From Octopus sinensis (taxonomy: Eukaryota), in NCBI RefSeq assembly GCF_006345805.1, contig NC_042997.1:53196001-53260000 (forward strand): a stretch of 64,000 bases of DNA, given 5' to 3'. The notes under the pieces were generated by a model. That model was not told the DNA's origin. It ran no database searches and saw only the letters and a list, made by a program, of their open reading frames with translations. The number at the start of each line of letters is the position of its first letter. Position 1 is the first letter of the stretch. A program made the translations under genes and the position numbers. This document shows, piece by piece, positions 12,301 through 21,835 of the stretch.

Positions 12301-15300
12301 CTGCACTGGTGTGGTCACGTGATGTGTATGGAGGAGGACAGCTGCATAAAGTGCTGATTTCTAATTATGGAGGGAACCTGCGAAAGGGGTAGACCCAGGA
12401 AGACTTTTGGCAATTTACTGTGCTTGAGAAGACATCAAGCTAAGTGAAATATGGTCATTGCCGGTGTCACATTCAGAGCACCTGTGCTGATGGCACATGA
12501 AAAACACCTGGTACACCTCTGTAAAGTGGTTGGTGTTAGAAGGGTCATCCAGCTGTAGAAACCAGGAATAAACAGATGACTGGGGACCTTGTACAGCATG
12601 GAAAATGGATGTTAAACGATGATGCTAATTCATGACCGAGTTTCAATCATGCATTGGGCTCAAAATATATTGTCTTGGAGGAATTGTTTTACTAAGTAAG
12701 ACATTAACAGCTACAGCCATTAAACTCGTGGCAATATGCAACCTAATAATATTTAAGCTAAGTGGTTTTATATTTAAATTTGATTAAAAAAAGAAAAATG
12801 ATAATTTACCAAAAATGAGTTTTGATAGCAGAAAAAGTATTTAAATTGAACATACCTTTATCTTTATGCTCAGTTCTTCAGTGGCTGCAAGTGCATTCTG
12901 ATCAGTAACAGCCAGGAATCTTATTTTATCCAATGCATCAGATGCATTAGAGATAAGTTCTCGAAGAAAGATCTATGAAAAATTAAAAAAATGTTCAAAC
13001 TTTTGTGAAGGTAGCATTTAGGATAAAAGAAGCAACCAAAATGACTGAAATCTTCAAAGAAACAAAAGAGCAATAGTATATACTAACCTCCTTATTTTTA
13101 TATAAAGAGTTTACAATAAGCTTCATCATTCGATTTACTTCAGCCTGGAATGCATGTTTTTCTGCTTTATCTCGTAGTTCTTTCATTTGAGCAACATTTA
13201 AACCATCAAGCTTAATTGCTTCCTCCTCTCTATAGTTACAAAAAAAAAAAAAAAAAAAAAAGTTGTAAAATTTTACAAATTACATAAAATAAGTTGTTAT
13301 TTGCCAGTTACTTCTTTTGGAATAGTCTCACTAGAAATGCATTCATATTTAGATCTGGCATAAACTTCAACATCCATTTGGTTAATATCTCAATTTTAAT
13401 ATTATTCTATAGTGTGAAGATACAAAGGAAATAAAAATGAAATTCTTCATTAGCTTGAAGTGTTTTGTGGTAGAAAAAATATATCAAATGATAAAAAATC
13501 CATGACTTCAATACTGATTTCAAATTTTGGCTCAAGGCCTGCAATTTAATGAGGGGGCTCAACTGGCACTTATTAACCTTGAAAGGATAAAAGGCAAAGT
13601 TGGCCTTGGTGGAATTTGAACTCAGAATGTAACAGATGAAATGCGACTAAGTATTTTGCTTGGCATTTTAACGATTGTGCCAACTCACTGCCTAATTCAA
13701 TATTAATTATTGAAAGCCAGTATACACAAGCTAGCATAAAAAAGACAGTATGTTACCTTTTAACCACTTCATCATCTGTTCTTGAACCATCTTGTGATTT
13801 TCCAATGCTTTCTTCCACACTAACCGCTTCAGGTGTCTCATCACTAGCTGCTGCAGCTGAGATGCAAGCTAATTGAAATAAAAATAAAAAAAAGATGACA
13901 AAACAAAAGTATAAGAACAATGTAAGAAAATAGAATTCCAGCATTCTGAAAAAATACCAAAAAATTAAAACCTGACATTGTTAAGTTAACTGGTTTACTA
14001 TATACCTTTTAAGTGATGTAGTTCATCTATTCTCTGCCAATTTTATAATTTTGATGGAAAAGCTCAAGAACCATAAATGGAGTTGTCAATTTTCAATATT
14101 AAACTTTTATTCATTGTTTTAACTAATTAAAATGTTATTGTAATCATAAATCTTTAAATGAGTATTTTTGCATTTTGATATGAGCTTGACTGTGTCATTT
14201 GAGTAAAAATCAAATCTTGAATTGTGAAAGTCTACCCTACTCTATAAACAAAGCTTGTTTATTTGCATCCAAATCTAACATCTATTGCCTCTAACAAATC
14301 ATACTAAAGCACCTAGTCTTGTTTAGATTGTTCGCTAACACAGTATCACTTTTAAACTGCATTATATGTAGTTGCATTCATAAAAGAAATCTTAATACAA
14401 AAAGGTAATAATTTATTAAATATTTTCCACACAAGAGACCCTGCTTTTATGTGTTTCTCCGGATTAATCAGGTACTTTAACAAGCCTATCTATAACTTTC
14501 AACTCATCATCATTAGTGTTTAATGTCCAAGAAATTCAAGGTTTTCATATTTGGCCATTTACAATTTGGATTCTATCAGTGTAATCACTAATAGTACTGA
14601 CTACAAAGTTCTTACAACTTTCTTATAATGTTTAATTTTCACAACAATGTGCTTTGGAGACTAACAAAAACCCCATCTTGACCTTATTTATGTGGACTTA
14701 ATTGCAAGAACCAAACAAAACATTTACAGACGTCTAAATTTTAAAAATAAACCATCTACAGTTGCAAAACTGACTTTTAAAATATTGAAATGATAAATAG
14801 CCAATCAGTTGGTGACTTAGTTCAGTCAAGTATGAGTCTTCAGGTCTCATGAGCAAGGAAACACAGCTAAACATCTTAGTATCGTCTAACTAGTAATTAA
14901 CACCAACTGTCCAAATGTAGGGGTAGTGAATTGGAAATTTGCAACCAACTGTCATTTGGTAGCACTTTATTAGCTCAATGTTTTCTGGCTATGTTGTCAA
15001 CACATTCACTGCTGAGCCAGTCAGTTAACTAAAAGTAACTCTTGTAAACACTTCAATAACTTTCTTACAGCCAAGCCATGCCAACAATTCCAGTAAACCT
15101 TAAACAATAGACAATCATAGACTATCTGGAGACAACCACCCAACTGATTTCCATCTTATAACTGTTTTGATCTTTTTTGTCTCCAAATAAGAAACTGATG
15201 GCGTATTAGAGTTCATAATTACCTTTATCAAAAGCCAAGTATTTGATAATTCTATTACTATCAAACTATAACTTACTTTACAACTGAAATAATAGCCAAC

Positions 15301-18258
15301 AAAAGGCTATTTCTTGTTGACTGGTGTGCCTTCAAAATTCTTTCAAAATCATGAGCCTTAGCACAATCAGTAGTATTTCAAATTCTCTCTCTCTTTACTC
15401 TTTTACTTGTTTCAGTCATTTGACTGCGGCCATGCTGGAGCACCGCCTTTTAATCGAGCAAATCGCCCCCCAGGACTTATTCTTTTTAAGCCTAGTACTT
15501 ATTCTATTGGTCTCTTTTGCCGAACCGTTAAGTTACGGGGACCTTAACACACTAGCATCGGTTGTCAAGCGATGTTGGGGGGGGGGGGAACAGACACACA
15601 AACATATATATACGACGGGCTTTGGTGGGCCCGAGGCTATAATAGAAGACACTTGCCCAAGGTGCCACGCAGTGGTACTGAACCTGGAACCATGTGATTG
15701 GTAAGCAAGCTACTTACCGCACAGCCACTCCTACGCTAAATTGAAAAACTTCACATTTAAATCCTAATTAAGAATAGTAATATCAATTTTATAAATCGTT
15801 ACTTGAATTATTAGGTTTACGAAGGAGTAGAAATTTAAGTGATCCAGTAGTTACTTCATTCACGTAAGTTTCTTTTTATTTTTAAAAAAGTTATGGTTTC
15901 ATGAGATCTTATTTAATTCAATTCGATATAAAATCTATACTATTTGTAAGAAGCATTGTTACTATTTTAGTTTCCTTGACATACTAAATCGAAAAACGTT
16001 GAAGCGTCGTAGGCAATGAGAATATCTAGCTATAAAAATACTCAATATATTTGAAAGATTTTGATAATACAACCTAATAGACTGGACAATCAAAATAACG
16101 AAACGAAAAACTGTTTACTATTCATGAATGCAAGTACAATATCTCAGTATATCCCGAAATGTATATACTGTTTAAAAAAAAAAAAAAAGAAGTTAAAACT
16201 AATAGACCGAGTAGTGGAAGTTGCCAAAAAAGTAGCTATGGTAGTGCAGAAACTATTTTAGCATTATGTAGTTTGATTTCCTATTAGGGAGTTGAGATTA
16301 ATATTTCCAGTGATCCAGTTTTAGTATTTGGACGATATACCGGGTAGTAATATTTAAATTTACATAATTAGAACGCAGTCACCAGTATTAGCTAATGAGG
16401 AACTAACTTTTGCATGCTTTAGCGTTCTGCATATTAAATGCAAATACATCTCGTATGTAGCAAGTATAGCGAGTTAAAAAAAAAAACGTATAGATTATCT
16501 AGGCAATTTATTAGACTGGTATTTAAAATCTAGAAACAAAATAGCACCAACAACAACATTGACTTATGAAGAGGTCTAATAAGGCTAAAACACGTTTTGC
16601 ATTCACCAGTTAGCTTATGGAATAGATATACTCATACTTTTTTTTTTTTTTTTACAAAAATTTCGATTTAATATTGACTTATCTCCCTTGTTTTTTAAAG
16701 GCGTTTTCAAGGTGTTTAAAAAACCACTAGAGGGAGATTTTGTTTACTAACTGCATGGATTATATACAAGTTTGAGGTTGTTGAACTTGCTATTTTACTT
16801 AATCATGTGAGAGCTGTCAGGTACAGTCAATGAATGAGGGATAAAATATGAAGACGTAAAATATAAGAGCCAACGTGTCAAGTTGGAAGGTTTTTTTTAA
16901 TTTTTTTTTTTTTTTTATAAGTGCACCACGAGTTCAAAACAATAGAACTAATCTTTTGCTTCCTAATATGAATCGGAGACTATTTTGGGCAGAGAGGAAT
17001 GTTACTCTAAAGCGGTATTCAAATATGCCGCAAAAATGAAATATATTTCCATCACTTGTTAATGGAAATCTTCAACTAGTAAGATTTTCCATATACAAAC
17101 TGAACTATGGCTTACCAATTCTTCCTACAGAGGCTGGGAAACAAGGGAGTTAAAACTAAACAGAAAATGAACACTATTTATAGTCTTATGATCACAGAAA
17201 ATGTCAAAAGACTTAAGCTTTGTCAACACGAACTACTCCAATGGAATATTTTATAAACAAAGTGCACCTTAATCGATAATTTTGTGAATTTTTATTGGTA
17301 CTTTATGAAGTTGGTTAACTTGCACTAATTTAAAAACTAGTCCTGTAGATCTAGGAAATACGTAAAACTAAAATATTTGGTCTTAAATTAGGAATAAAAA
17401 CGTTAAATGTTAATATTCTTAATCTAAATCCTATTTTAAATAGTAATTAGAACTAGCTGGAAAAAATAAAATAAACCGAAAACAAAATCAATAAACTGCT
17501 CTCCACAAATCAAAAGATTTTATGACAATCTAGACGTTTCCATGGAATACATACTTTTACAATTGGTCATTCGCTATATACAAGCAAACATTTTAAAAAT
17601 TATTTCTACATGTAATAGGAATGAAAAAAAGATTTCATTTGATAATCATCACACAGTCTTCTAGAATTTTCTTTTTTTTAAAGGATTAATAAAGATTTCC
17701 AATATAAATTTGATGGCAGAGAGAACGCAGACAAGTCTAGCGTCAGTTTTGAGTAGTTACAGTAGTTTGCCAGTCCATGTTCTTTGAGGAACCTAACCTC
17801 TACACCCAACTCTTGATAATTTCGATGGGTGGCACACCAACCGAACTACTTCTATTTAAAATTAACCTATTTCATTTCGAATTGCTCCTAACGTTTGTCC
17901 AGTTAGAAATTTAGGCAATCTTAAATAGTTTTTAGCCTTTACCACTGCTTTTGTCAAACTATTCCAAATTTTTATGAACTCAATCTTTTCTTTCCTTGTA
18001 TGAATTTGGTTTTCTAAGGTATTATCTTTATCTCCTGGAGGTCTTACTCCAGAGGTGAATAAAGTTACATAAAACCTTCAATAGACCGTTTCTATTTACC
18101 ATTTCTTACGTTTCTAGCATATATACTCACCTCTTCTGTATCTCATACAAATATAAGCTTTCAAATTTAAATTATTTCATTTATTATAATCCTTAAATCT
18201 TTTTCTTCATACACTGTGAAAATTACTTCGGCACAGTTCAGATATCTTTATACGTTGG

Positions 18259-18341
<83 letters not shown>

Positions 18342-18927
18342 ACCACCAGAATAGTACATATATAGAATGATGTTAAAGCTTCAGATATTGTAATACGATA
18401 AGGGTGCAGGTTTGAAGTAAAGCGAAGGCATGTAATTAGGCATTGTCACAAAGAATATTTTCAGTCAAGTATTTAAAACTATATACTTCAAAATACAAGA
18501 GAAACGTTGGAATACTTGAAGAGATACGACTAAAATTTATGTACAAAGTGTTTGATGTATGTGTAACTCGGTCTCTCATCGCTATACAATCATGCCGACA
18601 TACCGAAAAATCTGACCATAACAGGGCATGTTATTTAATAGTCAGAGAGAAATTACATTGAGGCTTCGGAAAGTAAATAGCAGTAATACATTAAGAATAT
18701 GTCAATTTCATTAATCCAATATCTATTATATGCATTTGAAAAATGAAAATAGACTTTTTCTTATTTCAAACGTAATTATTATATATATATATTAAAAAAA
18801 AGAACAAGTTAGAGTAAAAATATCTACAAGCAGACATTACATGCAGTAGCCGATTATCTAAAATAAATTACTTACCAGACCATAAGACAATCCAAAGGAC
18901 TCCTAAAAACGTAAATTGTTTTAGCAT
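65..18927 (-). CDS. HSP90B1: Endoplasmin / GRP94 (ER HSP90), multi-exon gene; exons 1-13 in window, 3' end off the left edge
   Basis: The spliced translation starts with a signal peptide ([22 protein letters not shown]). It carries GRP94-type motifs ([115 protein letters not shown]). All 12 internal introns are GT-AG and phases are consistent. Confidence 0.97.
1115..1250 (+). mobile_element. Partial copy of the TTAA/CCCTTT MITE family seen at 53150
   Basis: Begins (tcaa)CCCTTTTGTTAC; the internal sequence aligns by eye with 53150-53290. Confidence 0.5.
1448..1619 (-). CDS. HSP90B1: HSP90B1 exon 12 (172 nt)
   Basis: (N)[57 protein letters not shown]; GTAAG donor. Confidence 0.96.
2635..2795 (-). 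CDS. HSP90B1: HSP90B1 exon 11 (161 nt)
   Basis: [53 protein letters not shown](N); ACAG acceptor, GTAAG donor. Confidence 0.96.
2852..4720 (-). mobile_element. RTE-clade LINE, 5'-truncated (RT domain, C-terminus, 3' UTR, (GAT)n tail), in intron 10
   Basis: Degenerate translation [15 protein letters not shown]...[46 protein letters not shown], then a Cys-rich [10 protein letters not shown] segment and RLCWYGHV; the tail ends in TGATGATGA. Confidence 0.9.
5010..5087 (-). CDS. HSP90B1: HSP90B1 exon 10 (78 nt)
   Basis: [26 protein letters not shown]; GTAAG donor. Confidence 0.96.
5184..5373 (-). CDS. HSP90B1: HSP90B1 exon 9 (190 nt)
   Basis: (K)[63 protein letters not shown]; GTAAG donor. Confidence 0.96.
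5456..5640 (-). CDS. HSP90B1: HSP90B1 exon 8 (185 nt, acidic charged linker)
   Basis: [61 protein letters not shown](K); GTGAG donor. Confidence 0.94.
5765..5876 (-). CDS. HSP90B1: HSP90B1 exon 7 (112 nt)
   Basis: (S)[37 protein letters not shown]. Confidence 0.95.
6663..6792 (-). CDS. HSP90B1: HSP90B1 exon 6 (130 nt)
   Basis: (V)[42 protein letters not shown](S); TCAG acceptor, GTATG donor. Confidence 0.95.
6905..7070 (-). mobile_element. Degenerate SINE family B (alternative tail)
   Basis: Reverse complement of the TTCAAAT...TTTCATC-TTC-GGTTGATAAA motifs shared with 32073-32302. Confidence 0.55.
7359..7672 (-). mobile_element. RTE 3' UTR / RTE-tailed non-autonomous element with 3 internal repeat units
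   Basis: catcatcatttaac...ccatgctagcatgggttgga tail; three GGTGCTTTTTA units at about 7520, 7581 and 7648. Confidence 0.8.
8365..8990 (-). mobile_element. Highly degenerate I-superfamily (Ingi/Vingi/Nimb-like) LINE RT fragment plus 3' tail (family E)
   Basis: Frameshifted translation VLTPILMYI...[21 protein letters not shown]...SFINHV...[11 protein letters not shown]; the tail resembles 26360-26523 and 36295-36452. Confidence 0.4.
9226..9380. ncRNA. Fold-back containing two inverted, degenerate minimal hammerhead-like motifs (Penelope pLTR-like)
   Basis: Minus strand: CTGATGA (9296-9290)...CGAAAC-CA-GTC (9236-9226). Plus strand: CTGAAGA (9345-9351)-GTGTAGGG-ttgaat-CCCTAGTGC-aagac. Stem I is not evident. 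Confidence 0.4.
9503..9693 (-). mobile_element. SINE family A, 3' portion
   Basis: gtttcagtca...gccatgctggagcacc tail motif shared with the full-length copies. Confidence 0.7.
9697..9812 (-). mobile_element. RTE 3' tail fragment
   Basis: catcatcattgtttaatgtc...ccatgctggcatgggttgg. Confidence 0.7.
9966..10161 (-). CDS. HSP90B1: HSP90B1 exon 5 (196 nt)
   Basis: [65 protein letters not shown](V); ATP-lid motifs; GTAAG donor. Confidence 0.96.
10970..12625 (+). mobile_element. RTE-clade LINE with internal deletions and a duplication (APE endonuclease, RT, 3' UTR), in intron 4
   Basis: [82 protein letters not shown]; ends gttaaacgatgatg. Confidence 0.9.
12856..12972 (-). CDS. HSP90B1: HSP90B1 exon 4 (117 nt)
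   Basis: [39 protein letters not shown], including the catalytic Glu and Mg-binding Asn; GTATG donor. Confidence 0.96.
13088..13229 (-). CDS. HSP90B1: HSP90B1 exon 3 (142 nt)
   Basis: (R)[47 protein letters not shown]; ATAG acceptor, GTTAG donor. Confidence 0.96.
13545..13692 (-). mobile_element. SINE family B (alternative tail)
   Basis: aaaggcaaagttggccttggtggaatttgaactcagaatgta is the reverse complement of the family B head/body. Confidence 0.7.
13757..13868 (-). CDS. HSP90B1: HSP90B1 exon 2 (112 nt)
   Basis: (A)[36 protein letters not shown](R); TTAG acceptor, GTAAC donor. Confidence 0.93.
15389..15736 (-). mobile_element. SINE family A, near full length (tRNA-derived head, CORE-like ACCTTGGGCAAG body, AAAAGAGT tail)
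   Basis: The reverse complement reads GCGTAGGAGTGGCTG(C)GGTAAGTAGC...GGTTCCAGGTTCAGTACC (A/B boxes), ACCTTGGGCAAGTGTC, and a tail ending GAAACAAGTAAAAGAGTAAAG; close to the copies at 23.2, 23.8, 31.1 and 62.3 kb. Confidence 0.9.
17780..18110 (-). mobile_element. Degenerate CR1/L2-like LINE 3' fragment in intron 1
   Basis: Minus translation [14 protein letters not shown]...FKIA resembles the CR1/L2 RT C-terminus (compare AWNKLPASVVSC...FK at 47.6 kb). Confidence 0.35.
18259..18341. repeat. (TA)n then (CA)n microsatellite in intron 1
   Basis: Directly visible. Confidence 0.95.
18876..18927 (-). CDS. HSP90B1: HSP90B1 exon 1 (coding part, 52 nt, signal peptide)
   Basis: ATG at 18927, [17 protein letters not shown]+G, then a GTAAG donor. 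Phase 1 fits exon 2. Not in the ORF track. Confidence 0.88.
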
Positions 18928-19065
18928 GTTGTAGAATTTAATGAATGACAAGTACAGTTGATTCGTGTGCCAATGTCCCAAGCCCCCAGTATCCTTTCCA
19001 CCGGCCTGACAACGACGCCAAGCCACAACTTTTGAAGAAGGGGAATCCCAATGGCGTTATTTTAA

Positions 19066-19154
19066 CCAATGAAAAATGAACACGAAAGCTTTATGGACCA
19101 ATGAAATTTGAACAAGTCTAGCCTCGTTTCTTCAACTTGTCTTTTATTTATTGG
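19066..19154. promoter_or_regulatory. Three ERSE-like elements CCAAT-N9-ACA(C/A)G in the HSP90B1 promoter
   Basis: Plus strand: 19066-19084 CCAAT-gaaaaatga-ACACG and 19098-19116 CCAAT-gaaatttga-ACAAG. Minus strand: 19154-19136 CCAAT-aaataaaag-ACAAG. The canonical ERSE is CCAAT-N9-CCACG. Two more CCAAT boxes lie at 18970 and 19048. Confidence 0.7.
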
Positions 19155-19563
19155 ATGAAAGAAAGAGATAACAAACCTATTATAATCTCAATTTATGTTT
19201 GAGATGCGAAATTTTTGAAAATATTTCATGTCGATTTGTGTTTAATAAAATAAATAAATGATGCAATCATATACAGTACGCCTTTAATAATACACAATTT
19301 TCGTATTCATTCATTTACTTATTTTCTCCAAAAAATTTATATCTAAAAAATGTCAAGTCATTTGATCCTTTGGAGAGATTTTAGCCCACGTATCTCTTAT
19401 TGTAAAATCAATTAAAACAAAATAAGTAAACAAAATTATTGGAAATGATTTACTTTATCTGTGGGGGAAAAAATGTTATAGGTGAATAGTATTATCCTTC
19501 AAATAAGTATCTTATTGTATCAAATGGAACCTAAAGGAAAATTGACATTCACAGGACTTAAAT

Positions 19564-19797
19564 CAATGGTTCTCAACCGGACCCCAGGGCCATGCGGGAC
19601 CCTAAAGCAGACTTCTAGTGGCTCCCGACTGTCTTCTATAAATATAATATAAATATAATATATAAATATATAATATAATCTATAAATATAATAAATTTTT
19701 CTCTAATCAACTTATGTTTTACATTTTTTGGTGTGACCCCTACAAAAAATACAGGTTTTGGATCTGTCCCAGATATTAAAAAGGTTAAGAACCACTG
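19564..19797. mobile_element. hAT (Charlie-like) MITE, 234 bp
   Basis: TIRs CAATGGTTCTCAACC / GGTTAAGAACCACTG; 8-bp TSD ACTTAAAT (19556-19563) / ATTTAAAT (19798-19805). Confidence 0.85.
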
Positions 19798-20559
19798 ATT
19801 TAAATCGATAACCTTGTAAATTTTGCACATCATTCCACATTTTGTGTAACTCAAAATAGTATAATAATAATAATAAAATAATAAAATAAAGTTATTCATT
19901 AAGTAAACTTTGAGTAAATAAGGCAGATCTGTATTTTCAAGAGCATGGGTCATTATGATATGCAAAATAGGAAGTTGGAGAACTTCAATCAACTAAATTA
20001 CTGAAGTAATTAGTTGACAAAAATCCCTTCTATGGGTGTTTAAAGTCTAAAATTTTAAAAACAGAATAGAGGATGATAACCAAAGTAAGATGAGTTGACT
20101 GAAGTCTTGGAATAAGAGATAATGCAATGTTCTGTTCTGTCCCCTTTTCTTTTACTGGTTTACTCAGAGGGGAAAAGGCAGCCTATCACTACCTTCTTTC
20201 CAGGGCACCTGTTGATTGCTTGAGAGGTAAGGAAGAAGTTATTTTCTAACTAGAGACCTGGCCTGAATGCTTCCAACAGTAAACCCTGCAAAAAGCACCT
20301 AAGAGTTAGGTGGTGGCATTGCACTGAACAATGTATTAATTCTTTCATTCTTTGAAAGGCTTTCCAAGAGTTTCCATTCACCACATTTCACTAACTACTT
20401 AGTGAAATGTGGTAGATATTTTATCTTTTACTTGTTTCAGTCATTGGATTGTAGCCATCCTAGGGTATCACCTTAGAGGGTTTTAGTCACTGCTGAGGGT
20501 TTTTTTTTTTAAACTGGTGCTAATTCTATTGGTCTCTTTTGTTCAAATGATGGAAGACA

Positions 20560-20850
20560 AACCATATACTTGCATATGTATATACATGGATGTGTGCATG
20601 TATTTGTGTCTCCTTGTCTTGACATCATACACTAGCTGCAAATGAGCGTCATCATAACATAAGCAGTGTCCTTCACTTGCAATTCTGTGAAAATATGTCT
20701 GGCTATGGGAAAACATTACCTTGCTTGGAAATAAGTGAGGATTGGTGGCAAGAAGGGAGCATTGGGTTGTACAAAATCTGCCTCAATAAAATCAAACCCA
20801 TGTGAGTATGAAAAAGTGGATGCTAAAATAGCTATGTTGATGATGAAGAA
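20560..20850 (+). mobile_element. SINE family C (body plus RTE-type tail); a family A tail fragment lies just upstream at about 20420-20530 (-)
   Basis: Aligns by eye with 24260-24495; ends aaagtggatgctaaa...gatgatg like the RTE tails. Confidence 0.65.
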
Positions 20851-21144
20851 TTAATTAATTATCAGTATCATTTGAATTTTGCTTAAATATATTTTTAGCA
20901 TGAATAAATAAATAACATATTCATATGAGTATATTAGTATATCAGAGTGAGGTAAACAATTTCTTTACTTTGTTATATGAATAACATTTATTTTCTAATT
21001 AGCTTCCAGTTTTTGTTTTTCTGTTTACTCCTGTACTTCCCAAAACTGGACTTGACTGACAGTTAAAATCAACTTTGCCAATTCTACAAGTTATGAAGAT
21101 AATATTTTTTCACCAGCATACTCGTAGTTATTTTCACTGTTTAA

Positions 21145-21364
21145 CCTTTTTGCATTTAAACCAGTTATATCCAGCCAAAATATTCTACTTGTTTTATGTT
21201 CAAGCTGGCCAGATGTGGCCTTTCACACCAACCCTACAATATCATTCTAAAAATTAACACTTACCTCATCAAACTCTAAAAGCTACAAGATAATGCATGA
21301 TTAATTCAAAACAATGTGAATAAATAAGCATTACTTTTGACTGAATAATGCAAATGCTAAAAAG
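21145..21364. mobile_element. piggyBac-type MITE (TTAA target), 220 bp
   Basis: TTAA-CCTTTTTGCATTT...AAATGCTAAAAAG-TTAA; same family as 45384-45604. Confidence 0.8.
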
Positions 21365-21559
21365 TTAAGCAATCGTGTTGATTAAACAGACCTTCATATT
21401 TAGAATATAACATTTAAAAAAAATCTCTCTGGAGAGAATAAGTGCTTTCTCTTACAAAGTATTTGCTCCAACAACAAATTCTGTGATTATTGGCATTTTG
21501 ATATCTATGTGCCATTGGAAACACCATTTGTTGATGTCATTGCATGATTGTGCTATTAA

Positions 21560-21830
21560 GAGGTTTGCTTTGCAAGCATATGGTTCCAGGTTTCAATCTA
21601 CTGCACCCACACAGATTATAGCCTCAGGTTGCCCAGTTGACTGATACCTTGTGAGTGCAATTTGGTAGTCAGAAACAGTATAGAAGTCCAATGTGTGTAT
21701 GTGTGTGTCTGTCTATCTGTCTGTGTCTGTGTGTGCAAGTAAGTATGTATGTGTATGTTTGTTTATGTATGTATGTATGCGCGTATGTACATATGTATGT
21801 ATATTTGTACGTATATATATATATAAATAT
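21560..21830 (+). mobile_element. Degenerate SINE head/body followed by a (TG/TA) microsatellite
   Basis: catatggttccaggtttcaatctactgc...ccttgtgagtgcaatttggtag matches the family A body. Confidence 0.6.
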
Positions 21831-21835
21831 AAGTA

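Noticed and set aside
335-18875. Intronic snoRNA or snRNA in HSP90B1 introns
   Set aside because: I found no box C/D pair with a terminal stem and no H/ACA two-hairpin layout by eye. A covariance search would be needed to exclude one.
65-18927. Cytosolic HSP90 (HSP90AA/AB) assignment
   Set aside because: The signal peptide and the GRP94-specific motifs ([44 protein letters not shown]) identify the ER paralogue.
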